A DNA stretch of 64,000 bases from Squalus acanthias (taxonomy: Eukaryota), in contig CM059432.1 of assembly GCA_030390025.1 (NCBI GenBank), forward strand, positions 101,310,001 through 101,374,000. The letters are read 5' to 3'. The notes below the pieces were generated by a model, which had not been told where the DNA came from, ran no database searches, and saw nothing but the letters and a program-made list of their open reading frames with translations. Of the stretch, positions 36,456-49,143 are shown in pieces (positions within the stretch are counted from its first letter, which is position 1; the number at the start of each line of letters is the position of its first letter). The translations under genes were made by a program, and so were the position numbers.

Positions 36456-36933
36456 AAGAAAGAAAGAAAGATTTCCATTTCTATAGCGCCTTTCATGACC
36501 ACCGGACGTCCCAAAGTGCGTTACAGCCAATGAAGTGCTTTTTTTTTTGAAGTGTAGTCACGGTTGTAATATAGGAAACGCGGCAGCCAATTTGCGCACA
36601 GCAAACTCCCACAAACAGCAATGTGATAATGACCAGATGATCTGTTTTAGTGACGTTTGTTGAGGGATAAATATTGGCCAGGACACCAGGGATAACTCCC
36701 CTGCTCTTCTTTGAAATAGTGCCATAGGATCTTTTACGTCCACCTGAGAGAGCAGACAGGGCCTCGGTTTAACATCTCATCTGAAAGACAGCACCTCCGA
36801 CAGTGCAGCACTCCCTCAGTAATGCACTGGAGTGTCAGCCTAGATTTTTGTGCTCAAGTCCCTGGAGTGGGACTTGAACCACACAACCTTCTGACTCAGA
36901 GACGAGGGTGCTACCAATTGAGCCACAGGCTGA
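36456..36933 (-). mobile_element. Deu-domain tRNA SINE (SacSINE1-like), full length, Pol III boxes intact
   Basis: A-box TGGCTCAATTGG (36925-36914), B-box GGTTCAAGTCC (36880-36870), Deu core, (CTTT)n tail. Confidence 0.92.
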
Positions 36934-37319
36934 TAAGTATCTGATTAGGATGAAATAGAAACAGGTGCGGGTTCTGTAAAAAGCAGACCAACGCCAATTC
37001 ATATAATTGTCTGCTTGTTTCCCAATCGCTATTTTTTTGTGTCTCTCTGTTTTCCAATCTTTGGGGGAGAAATTTGTACTCGTTGTGCTCATATTCCAGG
37101 TGCAACATCCCATGCCCGATCTACACCTGTGTTACGGGCGCCACCATATTGGTAAAGGTGGCTTTCCAAGCATCCCTGGTGGCCTCCTAAAACAGGCTTT
37201 CAGACCCTGGCATATGTTAATGAAGGGCCTAACACTTGTTTCTGGACTCCTTTCAGAAATTGGGCAGCACTGATGCTGGGTGAAATGAAATTTTCAGGAT
37301 TGATATCAATAAAATTTTG

Positions 37320-37670
37320 TTATGAAAGGGTACCAAGGGATATGATCTAAGATGGGTAAATGGAGTTGAGGTACAGAACAGCCATGATATGACTGAATGG
37401 CAGAACAGGCTCAAGGGGCTGAAAGACTTACTCCTGTTTCTATGTTCTGTTCCTATGTGTCTCTGCGATCCTCTCCGTCTTTCCTAAATGCTCTATACCT
37501 CTATATGTTACATTTAGTTCCATCCTCAAGATTTAGCCATGTTTCTGATATTCTCACCATATTGTAGTTCCCCACTGCCACTATAACCTCCAGTTCCAGC
37601 ATCTTATTCCTAATAGTTCCAACGCTCATGTGTATACATCTTATCATATATTTCCCTCTCAGAACCCCCA
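37320..37670. mobile_element. Old CR1 pieces: 3' tail on + (37320-37457) and endonuclease N-terminus on - (37495-37670)
   Basis: ACTCCTGTTTCTATGTT tail; IRNKMLELE..ISETWL peptide. Confidence 0.65.
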
Positions 37671-38054
37671 GTGTCTGCTTCTTCCTGGTTTCTGGTTCAT
37701 GTGAGTCTCTCTGAATTTCTGAGTCTGAACCTGTCTGTTGACTCCCTTCTACCCTATGATCTATCTCCTCTGGCATCCTGTCTCCTCCCTGCCCTCTTCA
37801 CCCCCTACCTGTTTATTTAAATGATTTTCTTGTAGTACTTGTCAGTTTAAAAATAAGTTGAGATATTCTGTACTGACATGATTCCTATCTGTTGCCATTC
37901 ATTTTATACATGTTATTTATACATTAATTATTTGTAGGCTTTCTTTCAAGCTCTATGTGCAGAATTGTCTCTGATACAGTTTTATTGAACGTATACTGTC
38001 TGCACTTTAATTCTACTTTTAGTTTCTTTTCAGCCATTTATTTGCACGATACTT

Positions 38055-38960
38055 GATAGTCTTTGAAAGAGCTATACAATGAGTCCCACTCCTCTGCTCT
38101 TTCCCCATAGCCTTGCAAATTTTTCCTTTTCAAGTATATATCCAATTCCCTTTTGAATGTTACTATTGAACCTGCTTCCACCACTCTTTTAGGTAGTGCA
38201 TTCCAGATCATAACAACTTGCTGCGTAAAAAAAATTCTCCTCATCTCCTCCCTAGTTCTTTTGCCAATTATCTTCTCTTCTGGTTACTGACTCTTCTGCC
38301 AGTGGAAACAGTTCCTTCCTATTTACTCTTTCTGGTTACTGACTTCTGCCAGTGGAAACAGTTCCTTCCTATTTACTCTTTCAAAACCCCTAATAATTTT
38401 GAACACTATTAAATCTCCCCATAATCGACTTGTTCTGCCACCTTCAAAGATTTGTGAGCATACACCCAAGATCTCTCTGTTCCTGCACTCCCTTTAAAAT
38501 TGTACCATTTAGTTCATATTGTCTTTCCTCATTCTTCCTTCCAAAATGCATCACGCTTCTCTGCATTAAATTTCATCTGCCATGCGTCCATTTCACCAGT
38601 CTGTCTATGTCCTCCTGAGGTCTGCTACGACCCTCTTCACTGTTTACTACATTTCCAGGTTTTATATAATTTGCAAACTTTGAAATTATGTCCCCTACAC
38701 CCAATCCATGTCATTAATATACATCAAAAAAAGCAGTGGTCCTAATATCAACCCCTGGGGGCACCACTGTATACTTCCATCCAGTCTGAAAAACAACCAT
38801 ACAACACTACTCTCTGCTTTCTATCTCTTAACCAAATTTGAATTCACATTGCCACTGTCCCTTTAATCCCATTCAATAAAGGGCACTTTATCAAACGCCT
38901 TTTTTTAAGTCCATATCGACAACATCAACTGCACTACCTTCATCAACCTTCTCCGTTATT
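38055..38960 (-). mobile_element. Degenerate CR1 3' part with ~52-bp tandem duplication (38277-38380)
   Basis: RRIFFTQQVVMIWNALP; aligns with 31200-33080. Confidence 0.8.
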
Positions 38961-39554
38961 TGTTCTATATTTCTTTGCTGGTTCAGTATTTTTTTCTCTT
39001 TAATTTGTCATGCTGCGTTGGAATTATACTTCAATGGGCATTTCATTATTATTGTTTTTATGCAGTTTAGCTTATATTTCTTTCCTATGCAGTCACAGTT
39101 TTTATCTATTAAATTATATCATTTTTCTTTCATTGCTTCATTTACAATATTCAATCAAAGGATTTGTTTCCTGTCAGCTGTTTGTTATGGTACATTTCAG
39201 TGATTATTATTTAATGTATAGGCTTTCAGATGGCAGTTCATTTCTTCGTGTTCAGTTGATTGCATAAATCATATTTCGGGATATTTTAGTCTTCCCCTAG
39301 AATTATTTGTTGTCTTATTGCTGATAACTTTCATTAGTTTCACTGTATCATTTGGTTTCTCATTTCACTGGTGGTCATTTTACATTTTTATCAGTTTATT
39401 GTCGTGTTTTTCATCCAATTCAGCATATTCGTATTTGTTATGTCATATTCTCTCAATCTCTATTCTCTCAATCTCTCTGTACTATCTTCTCTGTTACTTA
39501 AATTAGTTTTTAAGCAATGATGACCTGACATGCATTGGGTAACTTAGGTGGACC

Positions 39555-39661
39555 ATACATTACAACAGTGATTACATTTCAAAAGTGCTTAATTGGCTGT
39601 AAAGCGCTTTGGGACGTCCTGAGGTTGTGAAAAGCGCTCGATAAATGCAAATCTTTCTTTC
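39555..39661 (+). mobile_element. Deu-SINE 3' tail fragment (a second one at 49725-49835)
   Basis: GTAAAGCGCTTTGGGACGTCCTGAGG..ATAAATGCAAATCTTTCTTT. Confidence 0.8.
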
Positions 39662-40332
39662 GTGCTCACTCACATTCCCTTCCGCTAGTTGCCTGGGTTG
39701 TTTGTCAATTATACAGGAATTTTAGTTCCTGCTGGGTATTTGGGTTTGAGCAGCTGGTCTGTGTCAGTTTATCCCAGTCGTCCACCTATTCCGTCAGTAA
39801 TCATTAATTTGCAGTGGTCTATTTCAACCAAGATATTTTAAGCTATTTGTTTCACATGTGTGAGATTTCTATTGAAGAGCAAGATCTGCTTTCCACTTAA
39901 TTTTTCTAACAAAAGAACCTACCTAAATCAATATGGCTTGAAATTTCAAAAGTGCATCTTAGAATGTCACATCATACAGCCTACCATACCAATCAATAGA
40001 CAGCTCAGTTGTTTTCAGCTGTTCCTGTTTGGCTAGAAGTCTTTATTATAATAGATTTTTACAGTATGTTTACAAATAGCTGCTAATTGCTTTGGTCTGT
40101 TTAATTCAATCTCTATACCTGCAGATATACTGTGGCATTTATTTTTAGGTCACAGGTCATCTGAGGTCTCATTTTCTATTTTCCCAGTTTTCTTGAGTAG
40201 CATGATGTATCATTTTGGTCAGGTAAGTATCTGTCAATCAAATTCATTTCTTCTCTGCCTTGTGTCTCATTTAGAAGAATTAACTGCTTTGTAAGTTCTA
40301 GTTTTGTTTTCATCGCATCTGTCTTTCATTAT

Positions 40333-41069
40333 GGGCCGGATATTCCGATCCCTACGGGTGTGTACACGCTGTGTACCCACCCGTAGGGACATCGGAAATG
40401 CTGGTTTCAGGCATGCACTGCGCATGCGTTGGAAACCGGCATTTCTGATCTGTCAAGAAAGCTCTTGACAGATCCTCCGGCTGTCCGGGAGAAGGGCCTC
40501 TGCGGGCGGATAGTTCCGCTTTTTGGAGACCCTCCGCCCGCAGAAAACACTTACAATTCTTGTGCCTGGTAAAAGCAGGCATAAGGCCTGCTTTTATCAG
40601 GATAAGAGTTGAAAAAAGTTTTTAAAAAATTTCTACTGATTTATCACTTAAAAATACTTTAAAAAAAGGTAAGTTTATTTTTAGCCCCGTAAAAAACTTT
40701 AATTATTTTTTTCAAAAATATAAAGTTTTGTTTAAATAGTTAATTTATTGGACTTTCAAGTCATTTTAAAAATGTGATTTAAAAAAAAAAATTATTTAAA
40801 GTTTTACTATGTTTTGGGGGTGATCTCCATTCATTTATTTGACAGGTCTTCCTGTCAAATGTATGAAGGGAGATTCCCTTCTTTGATTGGCTCCCCATGG
40901 CCCACGTGATCCCAGGGATGCTGCGAACTACCTGCGCCTCTGGGATACGTGCACACTGGCAGTTTGGAGAGGCCCAGCAGCGGAATTGTGCGCCTCCCGG
41001 GAGCCCTCAGGTAAGGGTGCAGATTTTTCCAGATCGCAGGCCTCCACCTGCGATCGGAATATCTGGGCC
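40333..41069 (+). mobile_element. Harbinger-type MITE, hairpin family (737 bp)
   Basis: 18-bp TIR GGGCCGGATATTCCGATC / GATCGGAATATCTGGGCC (16/18); ATTAT on both flanks. Confidence 0.88.
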
Positions 41070-42275
41070 ATTATTTTCCAACTTTTCTCAATAACAGTGA
41101 CCTTTTCTTGACTGTGTCTTGTCTCCTTTTGAATGCATGTCTAACAGTTCTTCATATATCAAGCTTTTGCATCCTAACATATGGACTGCAGTACTTCTCA
41201 ATATATCACATTTATATTACCCTTTAGTTATTATTGATCTCACATCCGTATTGATTTTTTTTTCAAATCACTATTGGGCATCTGATAATGTCATGCTGAT
41301 TATGTAATTCTCATATTGTTGTAGGTATCGTACTGATCTTTTATAGTTGCATATTTTGTGTTGTGTTGTTGACCTATTATAATCAATATTACTCCAGCTA
41401 AACTAGCATTAAACTCCAGAGGTGAGACAAAATTTACAGCTTTGGTGAGATGCAGTGAAAAGATGCAGGCTGGGTGTGCCAGTTTATACCAGGAGTTTAA
41501 TATTTGTATTTACACTTTAGCTGTGTTGGGCGTCAGTTCCTTAAGAAATTCATTTTCATTAAAAAAAAAATATGTTGCTTTAAATTCTGGGGTACTTGAA
41601 GAGAATTTTCACTTAAACCATTCATTGAGGTGGTCTTGATGCTTGCACTCTTCCATCCAGAGTTACTGGTTTCTTTAATCCTGTTAGAAAACTAAATAAA
41701 AACAACTTTGTTCAAGTCTCTATATTACCTGGTCTAGTGACAATTTGTAATCAATCGGGGCATCTCCAAGATTCTGGGTGCTTTAACCCACTGTCCTTTC
41801 ACTCTTAGTACCTGTATAAGATTTCACAGCAGGCTCATGGAATGGAAGTCTTCCAGTTGCTTGCTATCAGGGCGGAGGTGGAAAAGAGTTTGTCCAAAGT
41901 CCCTGCTGGGCATAAGTTCACACCACAAACCTACCCGTGAATTGGCAATCTCACTTACAGACTCCATAAGGACAACTGATGTAAAAAAATGAAAGAAATA
42001 GCATCTTTGAGGTAGGAGGTTAAAGGACATTACTGAGCAAGTGTATCAATTCAGGAATGGGACTGAGCTTTTCTTCTGCAATGTTAAATAACACATTAGC
42101 TAGTAGAGCTTTTCTCTGCAAGCAACACATCTACCTCATGGACAATCTGTATTATGCCTTATTTGTGAGTGCTTGGTACTGATACCAGAAGCCTGAAATG
42201 GAAGGGTATTTTGTTCTCCCGCAGTGACATTCCCCTTTGAGGAGTAGAAAAAAAATTGCATTCCCAAACAACAAT

Positions 42276-43020
42276 TGCCCGGAATTTGCGGTTGGGAGGA
42301 TGGCAAATTGTCAGCATCGCCATCATTCCACCTTTGAAACTGACCGCAACTTCAGGATTTGGCGCATGCGCAGGCACGTGCGGAAATCCCGAAGTTGTGG
42401 TCAGTCATTGACAACCTCAAAACTGGCTGTGCTGTGCCCTCCCCCTGCGCCCCCACAGAGCCAACAATCAGTGTAATCAGCCAAATCATTGAAACTGACA
42501 AAAATTCCCCACTAAAAGTTAGATCCAAAGGGATAAGGTGTAACTGGAGTTTTGACAGCGTTATTACTGCTAAACAAATGTTAAGGGCCTGGAAAACCCA
42601 TTTTAATTTTGTGCAGTGTGAAATCTGTCCATTTCAATAAAAAATAAAATTTTTAAGACTCTTTTCAGAAAAAAAAGTTTTTAATTTCTTTTTAAACTTT
42701 GACCATCTTTCTTTCAGGTTTGCCTTTTCCCCATGTGAGAGCCACAATCTTTGTTGTGCTCTCTCCAACATTTTTAAAAAGTTAGAATTTTAAGGGTTTA
42801 TTCGCTTCCTTGTTTGCTGTCTGTGAGAATTCTGCCTTTTGATTGGCTGCTTAGACAGCTTGTTGAAGTCACAGCAGTTCGCACAAGGGTGTCCCCACTA
42901 ACTTCCGTTGATTTGAATTGAAAGTCGGGAAACCCGAAGTTCTCGAGATCCTTGTGCAAAGCATACTTTGGGGCCAGCACCGAACATCTTCGCTTCATTG
43001 CTGACCGCAAATTCCGGGCC
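42276..43020. mobile_element. Harbinger-type MITE (745 bp)
   Basis: TIR TGCCCGGAATTTGCGGTT / GACCGCAAATTCCGGGCC (16/18), TSD AAT. Confidence 0.88.
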
Positions 43021-43784
43021 AATCTGTTGATATCATACTTAAGTGAGTTTGCATATCCCTGGTGATCTACCTATCAACACAAAACAATACTAAGGAAGGA
43101 GGCCAATTAGCAGAAATCATTAATTTCAGAATACACTACCAGCTGATGATAAATAAGTATCTTAGAAATCACTACTAATTAGCTAGCCATCAATAAAAGT
43201 TCTACCTGCTGGTAGAATTTCTACTTGTCTTGTGATATCTAACTAGATCACTCATTTGGAACTGCTCCCTTGTAGTGAACAGGTGATGTAACCTTACAGG
43301 ACATGAGTAATAGACCTTTAAGTGTTTATTCATTTCAGAGTAATTGAACTGGTTCTCAAGATTCCTAACTATAATGAAATTTCTGCCAGTTAAATCCATT
43401 TTAGTGAGAAATTGTTAAAAGGAAATTTCATTGACCTCTTTACTTAATGCTTAATGATTTCAATTCACTTTGAGAGATAAACATGCACTTTTTATACTTT
43501 TTAATCTACCAAGTTCAAGGTTTTAATTCTTTAATTGGAAAATCATATAATCCTGCACCTTTTAACAGTTGCAAAAATAGGTTCAAGATGATTAATATAA
43601 TCATCTAAATCAATATGGGTGATTAATGACCAGAATGCACTATACACAATTACATTACATTTTTATATTTTTCCTTCTTTCCCCCTCCTCCCCATGGATC
43701 ACACGTCAGTAAAGTGTACACATCATTTTGTTCACCAAGACGCAATGCAGAGTTTGGCCTTAGAAGTGTTCTTCATTCATACAA

Positions 43785-44590
43785 ACCATGGCATGGCACC
43801 ATGGTGCTGAAGGCATTTCAAATGGAGGGAGTGAAAAGGAATGTTGCAGTGGTAGGGGACAGTATACTCAAGGGGATAGATACGGTTCTCTGCAGCCACA
43901 ACCGGGAGTTCCGAAGGCTGTTGCCTGCCCTGTACCAGGGTTAAGGATATCTCCTCGCGGTTGGAGAAGAATTTGGATTGGGAGGGGGAGGGTCCAGTTG
44001 TCGTGGTCCATGTATGAACCAACGACATAGGTAGAAGTAGGAATGAGGTTCTGCTGAGAGAGTTTGAGGAGCTAGGGTCCAAATTAAAATGCAGAACCAC
44101 GAAGGTAATAATCTCTGGATTGTTACCTGAGCCACGCACCAATTGGCAAAGGGACAAGCAGATCAGAGAGTTAAATGCGTGGTTCAAAGAGTGGTGTGGA
44201 AGGCAGGGGTTTCGATTCATGGGGCACTGGCATCAGTACTAGGGAAAGAGGGAGCTGTTCCGTTGGGACCAGTGTCATGGCGAATTGAAAAACTAGGGCT
44301 GTAGATAGGGCTTTAAACTAAAAAGGGTGGAGGGGGAGAGGTCAGGTGAGGGGAAATTTAAAAATCTAAAGAGAAAAGTCAAGGCAATTGAGCAGCATAA
44401 CGATTTGAGTAAAGAGAAGCAGAGTGTGACAGGAAGGGACAGAGAGTTTAACGGTAATAGTGCATCAGCGAATAAGGTGCAAGTAGGGAATACTGGTAAA
44501 AAGTTAAAATTAAAGGCTCCTTATCTGAATGCATGAAGCATTTATAATAAGATAGATGAATTAGTAGCAAAAATAGAGATAAATGGTGAT
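43785..44590 (+). mobile_element. CR1 fragment: ORF1 esterase and ORF2 start, degenerate
   Basis: GVKRNVAVVGDSILKGID; LKAPYLNA*SIYNKIDEL; homologous to 60760-61530. Confidence 0.85.
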
Positions 44591-44913
44591 AAATGAAAAG
44601 TGATCCATCCGTGCATCTAAATGCATTTGCCTTTATAGTTAGACTTGTCCTTGCATGTTTAGATTTTTTAATCTTTTGAGCAACAAGTTGCTGAAAGTGC
44701 AAGCTGATAACATCGCAATGAGGGAAACTGGGCATATGGGACCTGAATGAACAGGGCAAGCAACTGCATATCTCTTTAACCAATCAGTTTGAAGAATTGT
44801 GAAATTAAGGACAGAGAAGGAAGTGTAAATTAGAGTGGATGAATTCAATATCAAACCAGGTACAGAATGAAAAATAAAGAGAGGGAAATAAAGATTGGAT
44901 TAAGAGAAATAAA

Positions 44914-47714
44914 GGCCGCGATTCTGTTCATGGAGGCGGGTTGGTGTCAGGAACAGAGCTCGGCGGGTTCCGAACCCGCTGCCGGCACCAGCCGGCGTTT
45001 CGACGCAATTTTGGGTTAATTGGGCTAATTGAGCCCACCGTGTGGGTTACCCGCCCTCATCACAAGGTGCGGGTCCGTTCAGCTGCTCTGCTGACGCGTG
45101 TGTAGCCGGAGTACTTAAGGGGGCCATTCCACAGTTACATCTGAAGTCGTTTATGCTGCTTCTGACTGCTGCTGGTGCTCAATATGTCTGCAGACAGACA
45201 GAAGGCAGCTCCCCTGTTCAATGAGGAATCCCTGCATGTTCTTGTTGAGGGAGTCAGAGCTCGTTGTGAGGTCCTGTACCCGGGAGATGGAAGAAGGAAA
45301 TCTCCTCAGCAGACGAAGGCAGCCTGGCTGCGAATAGCTGGGGAGGTGAATGCCAGGTCAATGGTAACACGCACATGGATTTAATGCAGGAAGAGGTTCA
45401 ATGATCTCCTGTGCACAGGAAAAGTGAGTATAAAAGCACAATTCCCTTAATTCTGTTGTGCCTGTCATCACATCCCCATCACTCTGCATTGTCAACCCTA
45501 CCCCTGCACATCCTCACTCAAGCCAGCATCACTTGCACCATCAACCTTCCCTCTCTCCCTATGTACAGAATCACTACCCCATCTAACTATGCACCCCTCA
45601 CACCCACCCTCATGGCTATGCACTGACAACAACTAGCAACTCAAAAGGAAGGAACTTGGTAATGGGAACCCACTCCATCGTAGTCTCCCTCCAAACATCT
45701 ATCCTATCCATTCTATACACTCATTCTATCACTCTCACTGAGAATCCAATTCTTTCCCTCATTGCAGGAAAAGAGAGCCCACAATAAGAGGGAGAGAGGA
45801 AGAACAGGAGGAGGACCACCATCTGTGGCACAGCTGGCCAACGCTGAGGAGGCAGCTCCAGACATTGCTGGAGGTCCTGAGGAGCTTGAAGTGAGGGACG
45901 GGAGAGACGGACTCAGTAGAGCAACCTGGTGATTTTTTTCCAGGCATCTGATTTGGCATTCATGAGTGACGAATATGGGATCTGATGTTCATATAAATGT
46001 AGTCATGATCATGTGCACAATGGTATGTGTCTGCAATCTACATCACATGTGTAACTCATGTCTTTACTCTCCCGCAGGACCATCAAGAGCACCCCTCCCT
46101 ACTGTCCAGGAAGAAGAGCAGGAGGACTCCTCAGAGGAACCTCCATCTCTGAGGGAGCAGCGTCAGCAGAAATGAGTGCACCCAGCACCAGCGCAGAGAT
46201 GCACACCTCGGTGGGTAGTTTGCGACACAGAGTAGTATTGTCACCTGGTGTTTCACAAATCACAAGTGAGCAAGAGCAGATGATGGAGACAGGGACAGCA
46301 GTGGAGAGTCATCGTCAGAGGCCACAGTGCGCTCCTAGCTCTGCTCAGCTGCATGTAGACGCTGAGCCTCTGGGGCCATCTGGAAAGAGAGCGGTGCTGG
46401 AGCTTCAGGAACAAGTGCAGGAGGCTCTGAGTGGCTTTGCAAGCACGATGACTGCGAGTGTGCAAAGAATGGAGGAGTCCATCTCAAACATGAGCAATGC
46501 CATGGTGCACGCAATGGCGAATGTGGGTCCCGCAATGGAATGGATGGCAACCTCCATGGAGGACATAATTCGTCAGAATCAAAACAACACGGTGACTCTT
46601 CTAGATAGATGGTCAGATATGGAGGATAGAAGGGCATCTATCGTGGAGAGGAACCAGAGGTACATGGATGTCCCCATTATGAGGACTGTCAGTACAGAGA
46701 TGGGTCCACATGGCTCCACTGATATGCAGCAAGGTGCTCTCCAGCTACTTGCTAGCAGAGATGTGCAGGTGACCCATGAGAGGGATGATGGTGGGAGGGG
46801 ACATGCAAGTGAGGGCTCCTCTCCAAATGCTCAAACTTCCATCCCCTTGCCAACCCCTCGGTCAGAGCCCCAGATGAGCACCCAAGCAGTGATGGCTGAG
46901 TCTGCCGCAGGAGGAGCAGACTTTGGCGGGGCCTTCACAGGCTCCAAAACCCAGAGGATGACCGCCAAAGGCGTCTCAGCAGGCACAGCAGGGAGGTGAG
47001 CAGGCTGTCTCTACATCTGCTGAAGCCACAGGGGAGCACAACGTAGAAGCACAAGTAAGAGAAAGATGATATGTAAATAAGCACAAGGGTTCTCACTTGG
47101 GTGTTCTGATAGATTTAATTCTGAAGTTTCTGTTCTTTTCTTATGTTGGAATAAATTTATGTTGAATGAAGGTTTGACATCATTGCCATATGTGTCCTGA
47201 CAATTTGAGGTGGCACTGTGAAGGGCAAGTGCACCTTTAAAATCCAGCAATGCAGGTGACAGTGGATATAGAGTGAACACCACATACTTGCAGCCTAAAC
47301 ACAGAATGTGGTTCCCAAATTATTCAATCACCAACCTCTGACATTTGAAAATGACCACATTTGAGAGCGCAGAATTTTAGACTGCAGTTGCAACTGTGAA
47401 GTTTCCAGCTCATTGGTGTTACCAGCACACTGCCTGCCGTGTTCTCCAAACGTCGTGAAACCCGACCCAAAAGTAGAAAAATTGAAAAATGGTGTCATAA
47501 TTGCTCCAAACAAGCACTTAACAAGCAGTTAAGTGCCTTTAATCCCTTACCCGCCGCTTGGTGTCGGGTCTGTTTTTCAATCATAGACCTGACACTTGGG
47601 AATGTTGCGTGGAGGCAGGATCGCGGCGGGTTCGGAACCCGCCGTCAATCATTTCGGATTTAACCCCTGACCCGCCTCCAAACCCGCCCTCTGAGTGCCG
47701 GCAGAATCATGGCC
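44914..47714 (+). mobile_element. Harbinger element carrying only the Myb gene (2801 bp)
   Basis: TIR GGCCGCGATTCTG / CAGAATCATGGCC, TSD AAA; no transposase motifs seen. Confidence 0.88.
45184..47080 (+). pseudogene. Harbinger Myb/SANT-like gene, exons 45184-45423, 45768-45928, 46078-47080
   Basis: MSADRQKAAPLFNEESLHVLVEGVRARCEVLYP..AAWLRIAGEVNA..RTWI*CRKRFNDL|GTGAGT; TTGCAG|EKRAHN; CCGCAG|. Premature TAA at 45382 and frameshifts. Confidence 0.87.
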
Positions 47715-48244
47715 AAAGAGATAGAAAGGAAAGGTTAAAAAAAAATGTAATTCATATTTTGATATTTAAAAAATCTCAAACAACAATTCAAACCTGAAGG
47801 AATGAGTCACCACACTTATAATAGTTCATTTTCAGTACCAGAGAGGTTGATTGGCGGTAATTAACACTTATCACGTTGGCTATTTAGACTGGAATGGATT
47901 AGATTTAACTTTCTCTGCTGAGTTTAGTTCATATCTATCGCGCAAATACAGCAACTGCACACCATTCAATGCAATTCTTTGGTGAGCCAGACAGCGAGAT
48001 GCTGTTTTCTCAAAGCTAACAGCAGAGCAGCTCAACTCGGACAGCAACTTTTGGATATTCACATTTAACAGTGCCTCTGCCCTCACCTGACGTTGCTGTA
48101 CCTTTTACGCATAAATAACGGCAAGTGCCATTAGCTTCACTGTTATTTTGACAGCAAAATCTGGCCCATAATCTATTTCACAATTTACAGAAATGTGTCT
48201 ATCTATTAGATTAAAAAATCTTGCATCTGTGCCACAGTGGGACA

Positions 48245-49143
48245 GATGTGGCACACTGTTCAGTGCCATTCACAACTCCTCAGATAATGAAGTAGTCCAT
48301 GCCCACATGCAACAAGACCTGGACGACGTTCAGGCTTGGGCTGATAAGTGGCAGGTAACATTCGCGCCACAGAAGTGCCAGGCAATGACTATCTCCAACA
48401 AGCGAGAGTCTAACCACCGGCCCTTGACATTCAATGGCATTATCATCGCCGAATCCCCCACCATCAACATCCTGGGGGTCACCATTGACCAGAAACTTAA
48501 CTGGACCAGCCACATAAATACTGTAGCAACAAGAGCAGGTCAGAGGCTAGGTATTCTGCAACGAGTGTCTCACCTACTGACTCCCCAAAGCCTTTCTACC
48601 ATCTACAAGGCACAAGTAAGGAGTGTGATGGAATACTCTCCACTTGCCTGGATGAGTGCAACTCCAACAACACTCAAGAAGCTCAACACCATACAGGACA
48701 AAGTAGCCCGCTTGATTGGCACCCCATCTACCACCTTAAACATTCACTCCCTCCACCACCGGCATACCGTGGCTGCAGTGTGTACCATCTACAAGATGCA
48801 CTGCAGCAACTCGCCAAGGCTTCTTCGGCAGCACCTCCCAAACCCGCGACCTCTTCCACCTAGAAGGACAAGGGCAGCAGGCGCATGGGAACACCACCAC
48901 CTTCAAGTTCCCCTCCAAGTCACACACCATCCTGATTAGAAGTATATCGCCAATCCTTCATTGTCGCTGGGTCAAAATCCTGGAACTTCCTACCTAACAG
49001 CACTGTGGGAGTACCTTCACCACACAGACTGCAGTGGTTCAAGAAGGCGGCTCACCACCACCTTCTCAAGGGCAATTAGGGATGGGCAATAAATGCTGGC
49101 TTTGCCAGCGACGCCCACATCCCATAAATGAATATTAAAAAAA
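48245..49143 (+). mobile_element. Second CR1-group LINE lineage, 3' fragment
   Basis: WADKWQVTFAPQKCQ, ILGVTIDQKLNW, YKAQVRSVMEYS; tail GGGCAATTAGGGATGGGCAATAAATGCTGGC and A-run. Confidence 0.85.

Larger units (their letters stand above)
44760..48167 (-). mobile_element. Harbinger-type MITE (family of 33592) split by element 44914-47714
   Basis: Terminal GCAAAATCTGGCCC at 48154-48167; body aligns with 33600-34110 in reverse; left boundary uncertain. Confidence 0.65.

Noticed and set aside
36860..36933. tRNA gene
   Set aside because: The A/B boxes belong to the SINE head and run straight into the Deu domain.
5071..43316. Other minus-strand exon candidates (5071-5140, 18055-18129, 26794-26886, 41729-41811, 43206-43316)
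   Set aside because: Splice-like ends are present, but phases do not chain into a recognisable protein and some have stops in all frames; compatible with chance.
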